A DNA stretch of 63,142 nucleotides, filler included, from Trypethelium eluteriae (taxonomy: Eukaryota): the NCBI GenBank assembly GCA_051942245.1. It is 2 parts of 2 records of this genome, joined end to end, with 100 filler letters (N's around TTAATTAATTAA, not from the genome) between each part and the next. Parts side by side here need not be neighbours in the genome. Positions count along the whole stretch, not along the records: positions 31,677 to 63,142 come from JAVECL010000273.1; 1 more part is not named here. The stretch is one strand, 5' to 3'. This document shows, piece by piece, positions 50,723 through 63,142 of the stretch. Made by a program: the position numbers and the translations under genes. The notes below the pieces were generated by a model. That model made no database searches. It was given only the letters and a program-made list of their open reading frames with translations, and was not told the origin of the DNA. Position 1 is the stretch's first letter, and the number at the start of each line of letters is the position of its first letter.

Positions 50723-51251
50723 AGCAGTCTTGTGGAATACACCGGGAAGCGGAAGTCACCACACGGCGGAGGTGATCTTGATGCCACGAATTTCTTTACT
50801 GGACTAGCATTTTATTGGGAGGAAGGAACTTATGCGTAAACGACGCGACTCAGATTGGCCTTCCGGCCTACTTCTCCCTCTCGTGTTCTCTCATTCTATA
50901 CTTTCTTCAAAGCCCCCCCTTTTTCGATTTTCCGGTTTCCAAACATACAATGAACCACTCCCCTACCATTTCGTCAACAATGCAAATTCACTAATCTACG
51001 ACGATGAATAGGAGGGAGTACGGGAGAAACACTGAAATTTCTGGCAGGCGATGCGGTCTATGAATTATGCTTAACAAAGTAGTTTTAATTCATTCTTATC
51101 TCCTACTTCTTATTCATGCGAGAACTTGCGAAAATGGTACCCGTTCCACAATTAACCACAAGTTTTAGATGGGAACAACATATCGTACATATGACATTTC
51201 GTTCCTTTGCGGCATCAATTCGCCACAGGACGTATCTGATTTTCTTTCATA

Positions 51252-51917
51252 CTACCAATCTTTTCTTGGTGCCCCTCCCTCCTCTTCCCCAGAGCCGTGT
51301 TTCCGAACATGCTCCTTCCCTGCACCCTTATCCGCCTCAAACGCCTTCACCTCCTCACCATCCATATGCTTCACCACCTCATCCGCCTGCCACTTCTTAA
51401 AAGAGAAGCCAAGCCCTGTATGGCTATAATCCTTCTCATTCGCCTGATCCTTATGGTACTTAATCTGCATAAAGTCCGCATCCACCGTCGCAGGATCCAA
51501 ACTCAAGCTCACCAACGCATTGATCACCGCCGTCTTCGGAATCCCCTTAAACGTCCAGCTCTGCTCGTTCTTGAATTGAATCACCTCCCGATCCGACCGC
51601 ACCACCTCGTACCCCAGGTTCTTACTATCCGTAAACAGCTTCGGCAAAGCAAACCACTGCCCCGCCATCTTGTACCGGTCGTTCGCGTACACGAACTGGT
51701 CGTCGTACACGCAGTCTGACGTGTACCGCTTCACCTTCTCGATCGTCGGCTTGCACGAGTACAAGTCCAGGATGTCGTCCACCAGACGCTGTCGTGCGGG
51801 AGATAGTGGCAGCGATTTCGATGGGTCTGGCTTGTAGTCCGGCGAAGTGGAAGATTGGCGGGGCTCGAAGTTTTCGCCGGGGAGGGAGGAGTCGGTGGGC
51901 ATGGATTTGTTGGCCAT
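51252..51917 (-). CDS. NTF2/SnoaL-like fold fungal protein
   Basis: Strongly codon-biased ORF from MANKSM. DILDLYSCKPT..RYTSDCVYDDQF..AGQWFALPKLF..IKYHKDQ fits the SnoaL-like pattern. Confidence 0.7.
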   Translation of the reverse strand: MANKSMPTDSSLPGENFEPRQSSTSPDYKPDPSKSLPLSPARQRLVDDILDLYSCKPTIEKVKRYTSDCVYDDQFVYANDRYKMAGQWFALPKLFTDSKNLGYEVVRSDREVIQFKNEQSWTFKGIPKTAVINALVSLSLDPATVDADFMQIKYHKDQANEKDYSHTGLGFSFKKWQADEVVKHMDGEEVKAFEADKGAGKEHVRKHGSGEEEGGAPRKDW

Positions 51918-52877
51918 GTTCGCGGAAGAGCTGGATGGGGATGTGGAACACGAGTAGGGCTGGTCGACGGCGCAGAGGCGGGAGGTAAAGGTCTGCTGGG
52001 GATGAAGAATTGAGGACTTGGTGAAAGCTCTGGAGAGGTTGGAATGCAGTAGATGCGAGCGGGTTTGCTGGATCATAGGTTTGGGGTTCTGTCCGGCCTT
52101 GGAGGTCGGATCCATGTCGACCGCCAATCTTTGTTTATTACATAGGTATTTTTCTGGCACAGTCTGGTTAGCTCAAGCGCCGTTGACGTCGTAGACTCTG
52201 CAGTGAGCATCAAATATGGTGAGCTCATCGTGACGGAGGCCGAGCTGATGACAGCGACGCATTGTTGTTGGCGCCACGAGGCGGGATCGGTGGGATGGGA
52301 ATCACCGAATTGCCCATCTCCGTGCGAGAATCCGATGTTAGGTAGAATCGAGACCCTGATGACGCATCGCGGGCAGATCATCGCAGATCTTCCCGCTCAG
52401 TCTTGGCAGTCAGCAGTCAAACAGCACACCAGCAATAGATCACAAGATAGTCTCGACATTCTTTATAATCAGGTAGGCAACAGACTCTGCAAGTAGGTCT
52501 CGCTACGCAGATGTCTTCAAGATATGGGTATCAATGCTCATCTCATTTGTTGTTGTGTTAAGAACCTAGCTACAGAGTCATCGCAATGACCACGAAGCAA
52601 ACGCCTCCTAATGCTCCCCCCTGTCATGTTTCCTTCCCCAGGCGAACGGCCGCAGCCGTCGCGTTAGCCCCGTATGCTTTTCGTTGCCAAGCTATCCGTC
52701 ATAAGAGGCCGACAGAAGAAAAGAATAAAGAGAAAATAAACGCCGACGGCTATGCGTCGGTCATGTGACAACGAGTGTCAAGAATGTACATGAGAATGCT
52801 TCAGAACCCTCGAAAGGCCATAGTCATATGCTAGGCGTGGTATCAAAGTCTAAGCGAGTGAACTCTAATGCAACCAT

Positions 52878-55517
52878 TTAAGCAGTAACGGTCGTGGTGG
52901 CTGTCACCATGATAGTTGTGTATTTGACGTCAGTGGCGACGTAGGCAGGAGAAGATGGTGCTGGAGAGGCGTCAGCAGCAGCTGAAGACACGGCTGAACC
53001 AGCGGATGACTGGACACCTGGTGCAGAGGCAATAGGAGACGATGCAGCAGCTGAAGATGCGGCAGCAGAGGATGCGGCAGAAGAGGACACTACCGGGGCT
53101 GCAGAGGAAGACCCAGACGATTCAGTAGAGTTGTTTGGTCCATTGCTACTGGAGCCATCAGTCCATTGAAGAACAACAGCGGGGAAAACACCACGGTTGT
53201 CAGCGTCCTTGGCATCATCAGTGGCACCATCGTTCTCGGTGACCATGTTGACAGAGGCCTTGGTACTGAGAGCGAAGAGGTGGACATCGCTGCTACCGTC
53301 AACCGCAACCATGTTCTTCTGGCAATCCTGAGGGTTGTCGTTAAGACAGTCTTGACCGTAGTTGTTGAAGAAGCTGTAGAGACCCGCACTGTAAACAAAG
53401 ACTGAGGAGCTGTTGACGACGCGAAGACCCCAGGAGTCGCAAGTAGTGTCATCGGCTTGGCAGTTGAAAACGGGATCACTGGGAAGGGAGCCGCTGATGC
53501 CCTGAGGAGCGACTGGATTGGGTTGAAAGTAGGGAGTCTCGGACTGAATCATTCCCATCCAGATGTTCTGAGCACCGCTGAGTTGGTAATTGTAGAGAAC
53601 AGAGTGTTCTGATGCAGTTCCGTACAACCAACTGGGACCAGGAGATTCGATGAGAACACCACGACCAGTGTAAATGTCGATTTGAGGAGATCCACCAGTG
53701 TCGAGAGAGTGGTCAGCAGTCCACCACCAAGAGTTCTCAAAGTAAGCACCAGATGCGCTGGAAGTGATGTGCAGCATAGTGAAGACACCTTGGCATTCAG
53801 TCTTGTAGTCTTGGGACTTTTCGGCAAAGGTAACGTTCTCATTGTGGTAACAGTTCATACCTTGGTTGGTACCATTGTAGCCACCGACGCGAGCGTGAAC
53901 GTCCCACACACCTGATGCACCTTGGGCAGATTGAAGGTTCCACTCAAGAAGAACAGCGCCAGGTGCTGGTCCGATGTTGCCGAACACCAGGTCACTCATT
54001 TCAACGGCACCAGTATCGCCAGGCTGACCGACTTGGAAGAGAGGTTTGGGATTGGTTGGATCTCCAAAGCCGCTACCGTTGGCAGCGATGACGGGCCAGA
54101 TTTCACCAGTGATCTTGACATTCTTCGGCACCTTGATGGTGTCCGTAACCCTGTAGAGCCCATGGTCAAAGTAAACGATCTGGCCGTCCTCAATTTTGTC
54201 GAACACGTTTTGGATGGCCTGGGTGTCGTCGGTTACACCATCACCAGCGGCACCTGAGCTAATGACAGAGACGAAGCTAGACGATGTGACAGTTTCATAC
54301 TGAGGCTTGGATCGTTCAAAGACCTTGTTGCCGGCCATCAGGCTTGAAGCCTTGGAGGGGGCAGACATGGCAGCCTGAACGCGAGAACCCGAGCTACCTG
54401 TGTAGGAAGTACCTTGACCCCAAGACTGGATGACCGTGTTACCCGGAAGGATCTGGTTACCAGTATCGCCCTGAACAGCAGTGGGAACATTTTGTGACAT
54501 GTCCACATTTTCAATGTAGAGAGTGCCCCCATTGACCGGAACACTTTCGGGATTGATGCTGAACGAGGTGTTGACACCAACTGGGGTGTTGCTAATTTGG
54601 CTGTCCAAGAAGACGAGCGAGCCAACGGATTGGTTGGCAGGTCCCGTAGCAATGTCAACACCAACCTTGCAGTTATTAATAGAGGCAGATTTCAAGGTCC
54701 AGCCCCAGTTCCAGTTCATGAAGAAAGCGGTGTTGCAGCCATTGAAGACGAGATTGCGAGTGGTGAATTGCTGGTTGCCGAGCCAAGCACCAAAACCGCC
54801 GCCATTGAAGGTGAGGTCACCGAAGAAGCCTCCTGAGCCATTGTCCATGAAAATGCCCTTCTGTGCATTGGCGGAAGAAGTGTCCTTGTTCATATTGAAC
54901 GTGACGTTCTGGATGGATGTTGCCTGAGCAACTTGCCAGTGAATACCAGCACCCTGTGTACTTGGTAGAGCAGTAATGTCGATGACAAAGTTACGGACTT
55001 GGCGGTAGAAGTTATTTTGGTTGATCCACCAGTTGGCGCCGGTGTCATCGTACGGGTCGGAGTCAATGACAGCAATGCCAGCGAACGATGAGGAGGCGAG
55101 AAGCGTGGGCGGGTTGATGGCATCTCCAATAAATTGCGTGAAGTAGTTCTGAATGATCGGCTTGCTCACGAGATATTTGCCAGGAGGGAAATAGATGATG
55201 GCCGGTGCCTTTGTAGAAGAATCACAGCCGTGAGCGCATGTGCCACCAGCGGAGATAGCCAGATTGATCGCATTCGTATCGTCGGTTGTGCCATCGCCAG
55301 CCGCGCCGTACGGAGCATCCTTGACATTGCGGAAAATTGGGCCAAAACCAGTGTTGTTAAACACTTTTCCGTTACGGGCAATATCGGCCACCCAGTAGCT
55401 GGAGGACTGACGGGTATCGAGTTGCTGGGTCTCTGGAATGCTTGCTGGAGCTGCGCTTACAAGCATCGCCAGAGCTGCAAGAAGCAGAAGCCGCATAGCG
55501 GCGGAGAAAGAGAACAT
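52878..55517 (-). CDS. Glycoside hydrolase family 55 exo-beta-1,3-glucanase, secreted, Ser/Ala-rich tail
   Basis: Signal peptide; FRNVKD..YGAAGDGTTDDTNAIN; IYFPPGKYLVS; NQNNFYRQVRNF; IHWQVAQATS; a second GAAGDGVTDDTQAI; WWWTADH; GTASEH; QSETPYFQP. Intronless. Confidence 0.95.
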   Translation of the reverse strand: MFSFSAAMRLLLLAALAMLVSAAPASIPETQQLDTRQSSSYWVADIARNGKVFNNTGFGPIFRNVKDAPYGAAGDGTTDDTNAINLAISAGGTCAHGCDSSTKAPAIIYFPPGKYLVSKPIIQNYFTQFIGDAINPPTLLASSSFAGIAVIDSDPYDDTGANWWINQNNFYRQVRNFVIDITALPSTQGAGIHWQVAQATSIQNVTFNMNKDTSSANAQKGIFMDNGSGGFFGDLTFNGGGFGAWLGNQQFTTRNLVFNGCNTAFFMNWNWGWTLKSASINNCKVGVDIATGPANQSVGSLVFLDSQISNTPVGVNTSFSINPESVPVNGGTLYIENVDMSQNVPTAVQGDTGNQILPGNTVIQSWGQGTSYTGSSGSRVQAAMSAPSKASSLMAGNKVFERSKPQYETVTSSSFVSVISSGAAGDGVTDDTQAIQNVFDKIEDGQIVYFDHGLYRVTDTIKVPKNVKITGEIWPVIAANGSGFGDPTNPKPLFQVGQPGDTGAVEMSDLVFGNIGPAPGAVLLEWNLQSAQGASGVWDVHARVGGYNGTNQGMNCYHNENVTFAEKSQDYKTECQGVFTMLHITSSASGAYFENSWWWTADHSLDTGGSPQIDIYTGRGVLIESPGPSWLYGTASEHSVLYNYQLSGAQNIWMGMIQSETPYFQPNPVAPQGISGSLPSDPVFNCQADDTTCDSWGLRVVNSSSVFVYSAGLYSFFNNYGQDCLNDNPQDCQKNMVAVDGSSDVHLFALSTKASVNMVTENDGATDDAKDADNRGVFPAVVLQWTDGSSSNGPNNSTESSGSSSAAPVVSSSAASSAAASSAAASSPIASAPGVQSSAGSAVSSAAADASPAPSSPAYVATDVKYTTIMVTATTTVTA

Positions 55518-57577
55518 GTTGAAGGTTGTCCTGCCGGAGGAAAAAAAGTTGATGAAGTCGATAATGAATGGTCTGGGTGGGAAACGATCGGTCAGTGTTG
55601 TGCCACTAAAATGATTGTTTGGTTTGATTTGATGATGTGAAATATCGTGCGAGACAGGCTCAGCACCACCACTTAAGGTCAGGGACGGACAATAGAGGGA
55701 CAAGTGAACAAAGAGTTGTGAATCAGAACGTGATTGTGAGTGAGCCGAGAGAATGAAGGCTCAGGTCCAGCAGTCAAGGACTGAGATAATGAATGAAGGA
55801 GAGGAAAATGTGGGAGAAGGCAAAAGAGTGGAAGCCAGACCACGATGGGGGCAGAAGCAGTGAAGTAGTGAATTTGAACGAAGGGGTGGAGGGGCAAAGA
55901 GAAGGCGTAGCAGTCCCCTAGGCGGGGATTAGAGTGATTTGGCAGGGAGCGTGAGTGGGCACCAGGCGCTAGCGAGAAACATGAAGAGAACGTTACATAC
56001 CTGATTGGTGAATGGTGTTTTGTTTGCGGCCCGGCCGTTTCAAGGTCAACCTGGTCAGTCCCAGAGTGAGCAGCGTGAGCAGAGTGAGCTCCGTCTCGTT
56101 GACCACCCGAAAATGCTGCAATCCACGGCCATAGCCATCTTGATATACTTTGCCATTTGACGCCACCGCGTCCTCACGTCTCATTGCTTGTGCGTCTTAT
56201 TGAGCCTAATTCTTTGTTCCAGGTCATTCTCCGCCGCCTCATGATGAGTGGTATGCAACCCAGGCTCGCGCAAGCGCATGTGTTCGCCGAGCATTGTCAT
56301 CCTGCCACACGCAGCCGCGTCTCTGGAGAATGCGACGCTGGCTAGGCACGCACCCCGGCAACTCCAGGGCCAAGTCAGGAGATCGAGCAGCACACGCCAG
56401 GGACAGGCTCGCAACGCTCCACCCTCCTTGCGCTCTTTGGGGTACTTTCAAAAACTGCAGAGGAAAAGCCGCGGCAAGGTCAGAAGCTCCTTCGCTGCAA
56501 GGGATGGATGGGATGGCATTGGATGTCGTCAGGTGAAAGAGTGGGCGACCCCGACGAATCGAACGCCACAGCCGGCCCCGCGCCAGATCGACCTGCCCAC
56601 TGGAGCTTGGAGACGCCGGTGGCCCTGTCTTGAAACCAGTCGCTCCGCTATAGCGTGTCTCGATGACCGGCGAAGGCATCTCTGTCGCTGCTCTGACTGG
56701 CTGCGCGCCTACCGCACCATCTTTGTCCTCATCACCCCGTTATGTCCTACCACTGGGGAATTTCCCTGTCACCTCGCCGTGGACCCTTCTGTATGCTCTG
56801 TATCCAACCGGCCCGCCTCGACTGCGGTCTAGTCGGCCGAAACGAGCCGAAATTGTTCTCAATGTTGGACTGAGGAGATACCAGAGAGGTGAGACTTTGG
56901 AGAACGAGTAACCAACTACGAACTGTTACACCTCACCCGGTAGATCGCGAGCTCTCCGTGCTCACCGAGTTGGTATTTGATTAAATTGCTCTATCCGGCC
57001 CGCGAAACAGCGCCACTTAAGGCAGCACGAAGAACATGCGCCTCCTCAGCTTCCGCAAGGCCATTATTCGTCCTCTCGCCCGACACATAGCCACTCTACT
57101 CTCTGTCGGTCGTCCCGCGGTGAAGAAACTATCCTTAGAGAGGAGGGCGGGACACTGTTCTGCAGGTGGCGTGAGCTATCGCAGCTGTAAGATGGAGACC
57201 TTCTTCTTTTGCCTAAAAATTCTTCTCCGCTCACTGCTTCATTCGTGAGCAAATCTCCGTGAGTGGACGGTCGCCTAGGTAGGTAGTACAGAGAATGCGT
57301 TGTCAGCGCAAAGCTCGAGCCCGACGACCGTGATGGATCGATCCAAACCCTGGCGATCACACGCATAAAGAGAATCAACCATCCACTTGAATTCTACCAT
57401 CGACCTATCCTACAGACGCCGTCAGCAATTCCAAAATTCGACATGTGCAGCCGGCGCCTGATCTTCGTCGACCCCAGACTAACGACTGGCCGCCTCGGAG
57501 ATAAACGCAATACGTAATTGTATAAAGATCGACAGTGCCGAAGCCATTCCCGCACTAGTCAGCGGTAGTTGATTCTT

Positions 57578-59452
57578 CTACCAGAACTTCTCCACACTTT
57601 CCCTATTTTGACTGCTCTCCGTTTTGTGTTGCAAGCCTTTCTGGGGAGCTTCCTTTAGCAACTCCTGAATCACCTTCCCTAGTCTCATCACACCTTCACT
57701 GAGCTGGTCTTCATCCTCCCACGCAAAGCATAATCTAATTTGCCGCTGGAACCGATTGACTTCACTCTCATCACCTGGTATTTGGAACATCTCCCCTGGA
57801 GCCACTACTACGTTTTGATCAATCTTCGCCCGTTGCACAACGTCAGTGCTTAGAAGATGTCCTGGAAGGGAAATCCAGATAAAATAGCCACCAGCCACTT
57901 GTCGCTCTGACTGAGGCATCGTAGCTCCCAAAGGTAACAAATACTTCTCAATCGCTGATACCATCTTGAAGAACCTTCTAGCGTATGCTGGCTGCAAGAC
58001 AGAGAGCACATGATTTTGCAGGTCACCAGTTTCGAGCAGATCTGCCATGAACGTTGAGACAAGCTGTGATGGTGCGCCGCCAGACTTGGTAGTGCCTCTA
58101 GTATCGTTGATGAGCTCATCGGTCTCAGATGCGTAGAGAAAAGTGTGCTGCTCACGTCTCGGCAATGCCAAATGCAAACTTTTCTGTTCCTTCAATCCAT
58201 CCGCACCGCAAGCCAGGCCCGCCAATCTTGGTGAATGATCCATTGCTAACCACGTTACCAAACCCGTCGGCTCCCGCTCTTTCAGTCCCACCATCTATTG
58301 TACGATCCAGGTCTACTGGCCTGGGGAGAGATGCTTTGTCCGTCCCTCCTTGTTGCTTTTCCATCTGTTTCTCATTGGTAGGGAACGATAGGAAGTCATA
58401 CACATCATCGCAGACCACCAAAGCATCAAAGTCCCTCGCGCAGCGCACTAGTTCTTTCCGGCGCTTGAGCGATGTTGTTCTTGATGAAGGATTTGCAAAG
58501 GTTGGTACGCAATAAATTATGTGCTTGTAGATCTTAGCCCATGGCCTGGAAGGCTTTACTCCCTATTCACGCGGGTCAGCGTGGATTCTAAAGTGGATCG
58601 ATCAAGATAGTAATGCAACTGAAATACTAGGAGTGATCCATGAATCGACTGAATAATAAGACGGCATGCGCTCTTAAGATGTGCCGGATTACTACGTCTG
58701 CCATGAAGTATCAAGAATTTCCCAACAAGACTACGAGTGATCGTGTTTGGCCGTGTTCGCCGCCATCTTACAGTACATTTAGATATTTTGTCAGGGGTCT
58801 TGCAATCCATCTCCATCACGATCGCATGATACGATTGCCTTGGTACACCAGGCCTGGCAATGAGAGATCTTCTCGCGAAGCGTTTTGCCATTGCGATGAC
58901 ACCTACCGGCGTATGATCACCCTCTTTCTGCGCCCTCTTCTCACACTCCTCTATGTGTCTCCGTAGGCTCTCCACATCTACGCCTTCGTCATCCTCTGGC
59001 ACGGCTACCATCTTCTGTCTGTCTCCAAAATTTGCAAACCCCGCATCCTCAAAGATACGGAAGCTCAGAAAGTATGCCGGCGCCACCAGCCAGATCTTCC
59101 TCGTCCACTCTGGATCTGAATAGACGCTCAAGATATTCCCCAAGCTCTGTGACGCCCCACCCGTGATGGCGATTCGCTTGTATGAGATCTTGCTTCCGCC
59201 GCCGGCGGGTCCATAGAAGGACGTCAACCATTCGGCAAGGGCGCGGCGGAGGGGCTCGTGGCCTGGATCCGGCCCGTAGGCGAAGGCGGAATTGGCAATG
59301 TCGGGGTTGGCGAGGGTGGCGGCGGTGGCGCGTTGGAGGAGGGGGATAGGGAAGAGGGACGGTGCTGGCCAGCCGCGCACCAGATTGATCAGTCGCGATG
59401 GCGGCGCCGCGTCTTGGCTGGTCAGCGGAGATGGCACTACTGAATCTGGCAT
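57578..59452 (-). CDS. PLP-dependent class I/II aminotransferase (YER152C-like), 3 exons
   Basis: INLVRGWP, YGPDPG, ITGGASQ, intron 58906-58563, CVPTFANPS, DDVYDFL, SNGSFTKIGGPGLRCGW (PLP Lys), a second intron ~58156-58099, GGYFIW and IRLCFAWE. Confidence 0.92.
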
Positions 59453-60474
59453 TGTTCTGTAGATTGACTGCTAGTAGAACGACGTAGGGATTGTAGATAG
59501 GCTGAAGGGGAAAGGATTTTAGTACGGGAGGCAGGCACGATAACAGTGCGGGTGCAGATAGGACGATGCAAGGGACGAGATAGAGCGGCTCCCTATTCGC
59601 GAACCGAGAAGGGGGCACGCAGGGTCATCACGGAATGATAATGATAGCACTCTAGGAGATTTGGTTTATAGGCTTAGAGGTCCCTCGGTGCTCCGTTGAC
59701 ACACTTGATGAACCCAAACTTCCCACTCTGCTGACTCTTTTACGTGATCAGTTTCGCGCCTTGCACCATTTGTTTTCTTTCGGCTACCGGCTCGGGCGGC
59801 TCACAGGGCCCCCAGGCACATGGCTGCGCTCCTAAGCTGCTAAGGCTCAGGGGTACGATTCAATGCCACCATTTCGCTCCATTCTGGTCAGATGTCGGCC
59901 CCAGGAGACGACAGAAAAAACAAGAGCGAGCTACCCTCCGGTCAGCAGCTTGTAGCGCTGAGGGTCCAAAAGTGTCTGGGAGCTGCAGGAACAGGCGAGG
60001 TTTGTGTGAAATGGGGAAGAGGGGAGATGAGGGAAGTGCAAAGGACATTATTTCGGAGACATCGGAAGGCGCTGGGACCGCTCCGTCGCGCACGATGCTT
60101 TCGTTGGATGTGCCTCACATAGCCACTCAGCTTGCGGCCTGCAGGGGTTTCCATACGTAATGTCGCGCTTCAGGACACCGGCTGGGGATGGCTTTCGCTG
60201 CAAGCTACCGCTGGCACTCCCGCTTGCGTGCTCTCACTGTTGTTTTGCATTCATAGTCTATTCAGCTGGCTGACGCACACGCCTCTCCTGCTTCTACCGC
60301 CTACTAAAAAGTCTCAGTAGTCAGGAGAAACTCGCTATCTTTACCCGTTCCTAGCAGTCATACTATCCTATGGCTGCATCTTCACGCGCCATTTCTACCG
60401 CCCCTTGAAGAAGAAATTTCCACCCCCAATACGAGGGAGACGGATATTATTGGGCTGCAGCCCCGACTGACACC

Positions 60475-63142
60475 ATGGGTACTCCCATCGACAAGACCAA
60501 GCGACGAATGTCCGCTCTCTTCTCATTGAGCGGTGGCGACCCTGAGCAAAAATTGGTGATACCTCAAGAGAATGGCAACAGGATGTCTGCGGCTGCTACT
60601 TCACGAGGTCGCAGTCCCGTTTCCGCGTATGAGTCTAGGGCTTCAGTCAGCAAACTCTCGAAGGCAGACCGCCGAGTGTCGTCCTGGGGGCATTCAATAG
60701 TATCCCATGCTACCCCACGCTCAAGAGCATCGTCAATGTCGAAGAGACCTTCTTTGGGCACGATAGATCCTGCCATAGATGAGCCGCTGCCTCCGCCACC
60801 GCCAATCCTGGGTGTAGCTGCACCAGGCTCAAGGGCTTCGTCTCCAGCACGTTCGGTCGCTGGAAGCGGAACGTCGAGCAGACCTACCACGCCCCACAGA
60901 CAACACCCAACGCCAGATCCACAAGGTGTGCCCTCTGTTGGCCTACCCATAAAAGAAGAGAAACCGAAGAAGGGCCTGTTCGGAAGAGTAAAGAATAAGA
61001 AAAAGGAGGAAAGTCGAGGTCCGGTAGCCTGGGTTATTGGACATGATGGTCGGGTACCATACAACATCTCGTCTCTCATAAACGGCGAAAGGGTAAGTAA
61101 CGCCATCCCAGATCTTTCTGAGACATTCCAAATCTCACCGTTTTTCGATTCAGGTGCCCGAGTTGTGGGACGACAACACAAATACGTTCGTATACCTCTA
61201 TCCTCGCAATTCTGGAAGGGGGCCGTCTTTCAAGATAGATTCTGCTCTCTACAATGCTTCTCCCGTCCTGGCTCGTATGGCGTTCGGAGACTTGTACAAC
61301 AGCCACCAAGACCGAAGAAAAGCATCGCAAGAATTACATAGCGCTCCAGCAACGCCGCCGAGGACTCCGTCAGGTTCACAGAAGTATGGATCTAGCTCCC
61401 AAGGCTCAAGAGGCTCCAGACACGTCAGTGACATGGATAATGAAGGAGGCGATATTCATCTCTATCTTCCCATGAAACTCAGCACAGATGCTGCCGTTCC
61501 CGGCGCCCCCGAATCACGACCTACCCCAGGTGACATCGAGACGCTCGTTGCAATTCGTAATCTGTTTGCCTTCCTTGTTGGGCAGTCGCTGGTGGCAACG
61601 GAAAAGCGTCCTACCATGTTTGCGATTTTTATGGCCATAGCTGACCTACTCAGCATCAACGAATTTTCGAATATCGATGGGTCGACATTTGGCGAGGTGG
61701 CTGCAGCCAGTTTTGACAATTATGTGGAAGAATTACAGCTTGCGGACGTGAGATATAGCCGAGAAAAAACAATTGAAGGCATTGTACTAGGAGAGCGAAT
61801 GCGATCGGTCTTGCTTTACAATGAGGCCTTTGTGCATGCGATTGGCAAATACGACCAAATCAAGAGCATGGGAAGTCCAAGATGGAACCTCATAAGTCCC
61901 GTTACGCGAAACCGGATGGAACGAGCAGCTATGGATCTCGAATCGCGAACAAAGAGCATCAGACGCCGTCTCGAAGACTTTGATTTCACTGCTATATTCG
62001 CGGGTGTGATGAATAGTAGGGTGGCAGACGAATCGAAAATGGTGCGATTTGATCAGTGGAAAGCTTCGTTCTTTTCAACTCGTAAATTTGTCATGGCCTA
62101 CTACAAATCCAAATATGGTTCTTGGCCACCAAAAGCCAGCAGCAAGAAGAATGATCTCGAAACATCCGGCCTCAATCGGCTTGTGCTAAAAGACATCTAC
62201 AATGACATGTCTGCTCTCTACGACTTGCTTGTTGACCGCACAAACCTCACGACTCGTACCGCAGATGTGAAGCCTGCGGATGAAATCGAACACGACGACG
62301 AACCCACGCCGCGTGCTCTGAGAAGAGTGTTGGCCGAGTACGATCAGTCAACTCCTCCAGTGCAACCACCGGTGCCCTTTGACGTGCCACTTCTCCCCAC
62401 TTTCTTGACAACTCGCCCAGAATATGCCGGACTCCAGGAGAAGAAGCAGCAAAAACTGCGTCAAAAGAAGTTAAAAGACGATGAGATTGCAAAACTCATG
62501 CGAGTAGCGCGCAATCAAGATTCGCTTCCCCGCTTGACCACTACTCAAGTTGACAAGAAAAAGACGCGCACCAGCTCTTCCCAACCCTTCGTCTCTGCCT
62601 TCATGCACTACGAACTGAAGTCTGCACATTCGCACAACCTCGATGAGATACACAGCCTACGCGCCGGCCAATGGATCTTTATGTACGTTGTGCTTGAGGC
62701 GCTTCCCATGCTTGTGATCGATGCTCCCGCTGTCAAACACGTCCGCGCCGTCGAATACTTCCTTTGTGAACCACCTCGCTCTGGTGTCCCATGGGCTCGC
62801 GAGTCCGCTACAGTAGGCACCGGGAAACGCACCTGGTACGAGGTTCGTGGGCAAAGCGGTGGAGGTGGCGCCGTCGTATCACTCCCCAGCGATGTTGTCG
62901 AGCATGGCGTCGAGGGTGTGTACCGGCGAAGTCACTGCTGGGAGATGGCCGCGAAATGGGCCGCCGAGGAAGGCCGCACGGAACTGGAGATGGCAAGCAA
63001 GGGCGTCGACATGCACGAGGGCGAGCAGCAACCACTTCCAACCGATGCCGTCGGCGGCGCTGCTCCTCCACCCTTCTACCAAGCCCAGGCTGCGAGCCAG
63101 AGCGGGAGCCCCAACCGCATGTCGGGCTTCGACTTCGGCGGC
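60475..63142 (+). CDS. Conserved fungal protein of unknown function (partial, runs off window)
   Basis: Exon 1 60475-61092, GT-AG intron to 61153, then an open frame to the window end: VPELWDDNTNTFVYLYPRNSGRGPSFKID..IRNLFAFL..LYNEAFVH..YGSWPP..RAGQWIFMYVVL..YRRSHCW. Confidence 0.8.

Noticed and set aside
55900..57400. Several 60-194 aa ORFs between the GH55 and aminotransferase genes
   Set aside because: They overlap on both strands with no motifs or codon bias. Best read as the long GH55 upstream region.

Overview
Filamentous ascomycete (Pezizomycotina) genomic DNA made of two contigs joined by an artificial 100-nt linker (N44-TTAATTAATTAA-N44, 31577-31676). LEFT (1-31576): AT-rich and heavily RIP-mutated, so almost invisible in the ORF track. 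Read through the stops, it looks like a dead Starship giant transposon. A DUF3435-type tyrosine recombinase 'captain' is the first gene (330-2603). The cargo includes two NLR-type immune/allorecognition receptors (NACHT_N-NACHT-WD40 and HET-NACHT-~16xANK), a ferric-reductase-like gene, two short MADS-box-like genes, a secreted HSWVE/LRYQENGH-motif gene, a DUF6919-like gene and several unknown genes. A LINE and a pogo/Fot1 DNA transposon are nested inside it. The Starship termini are not resolvable here. RIGHT (31677-63142): ordinary GC-balanced gene-rich DNA with an APH-family phosphotransferase, a Gln-rich conserved protein, a small secreted Cys-rich protein, a DUF4045/gelsolin-like protein, ARL2, a GNAT protein with PPHM repeats, an NTF2/SnoaL-like protein, a GH55 exo-beta-1,3-glucanase, a class I PLP aminotransferase and a partial conserved fungal gene. 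All calls come from manual translation and motif recall; no database searches were run. Pseudogene boundaries are approximate.
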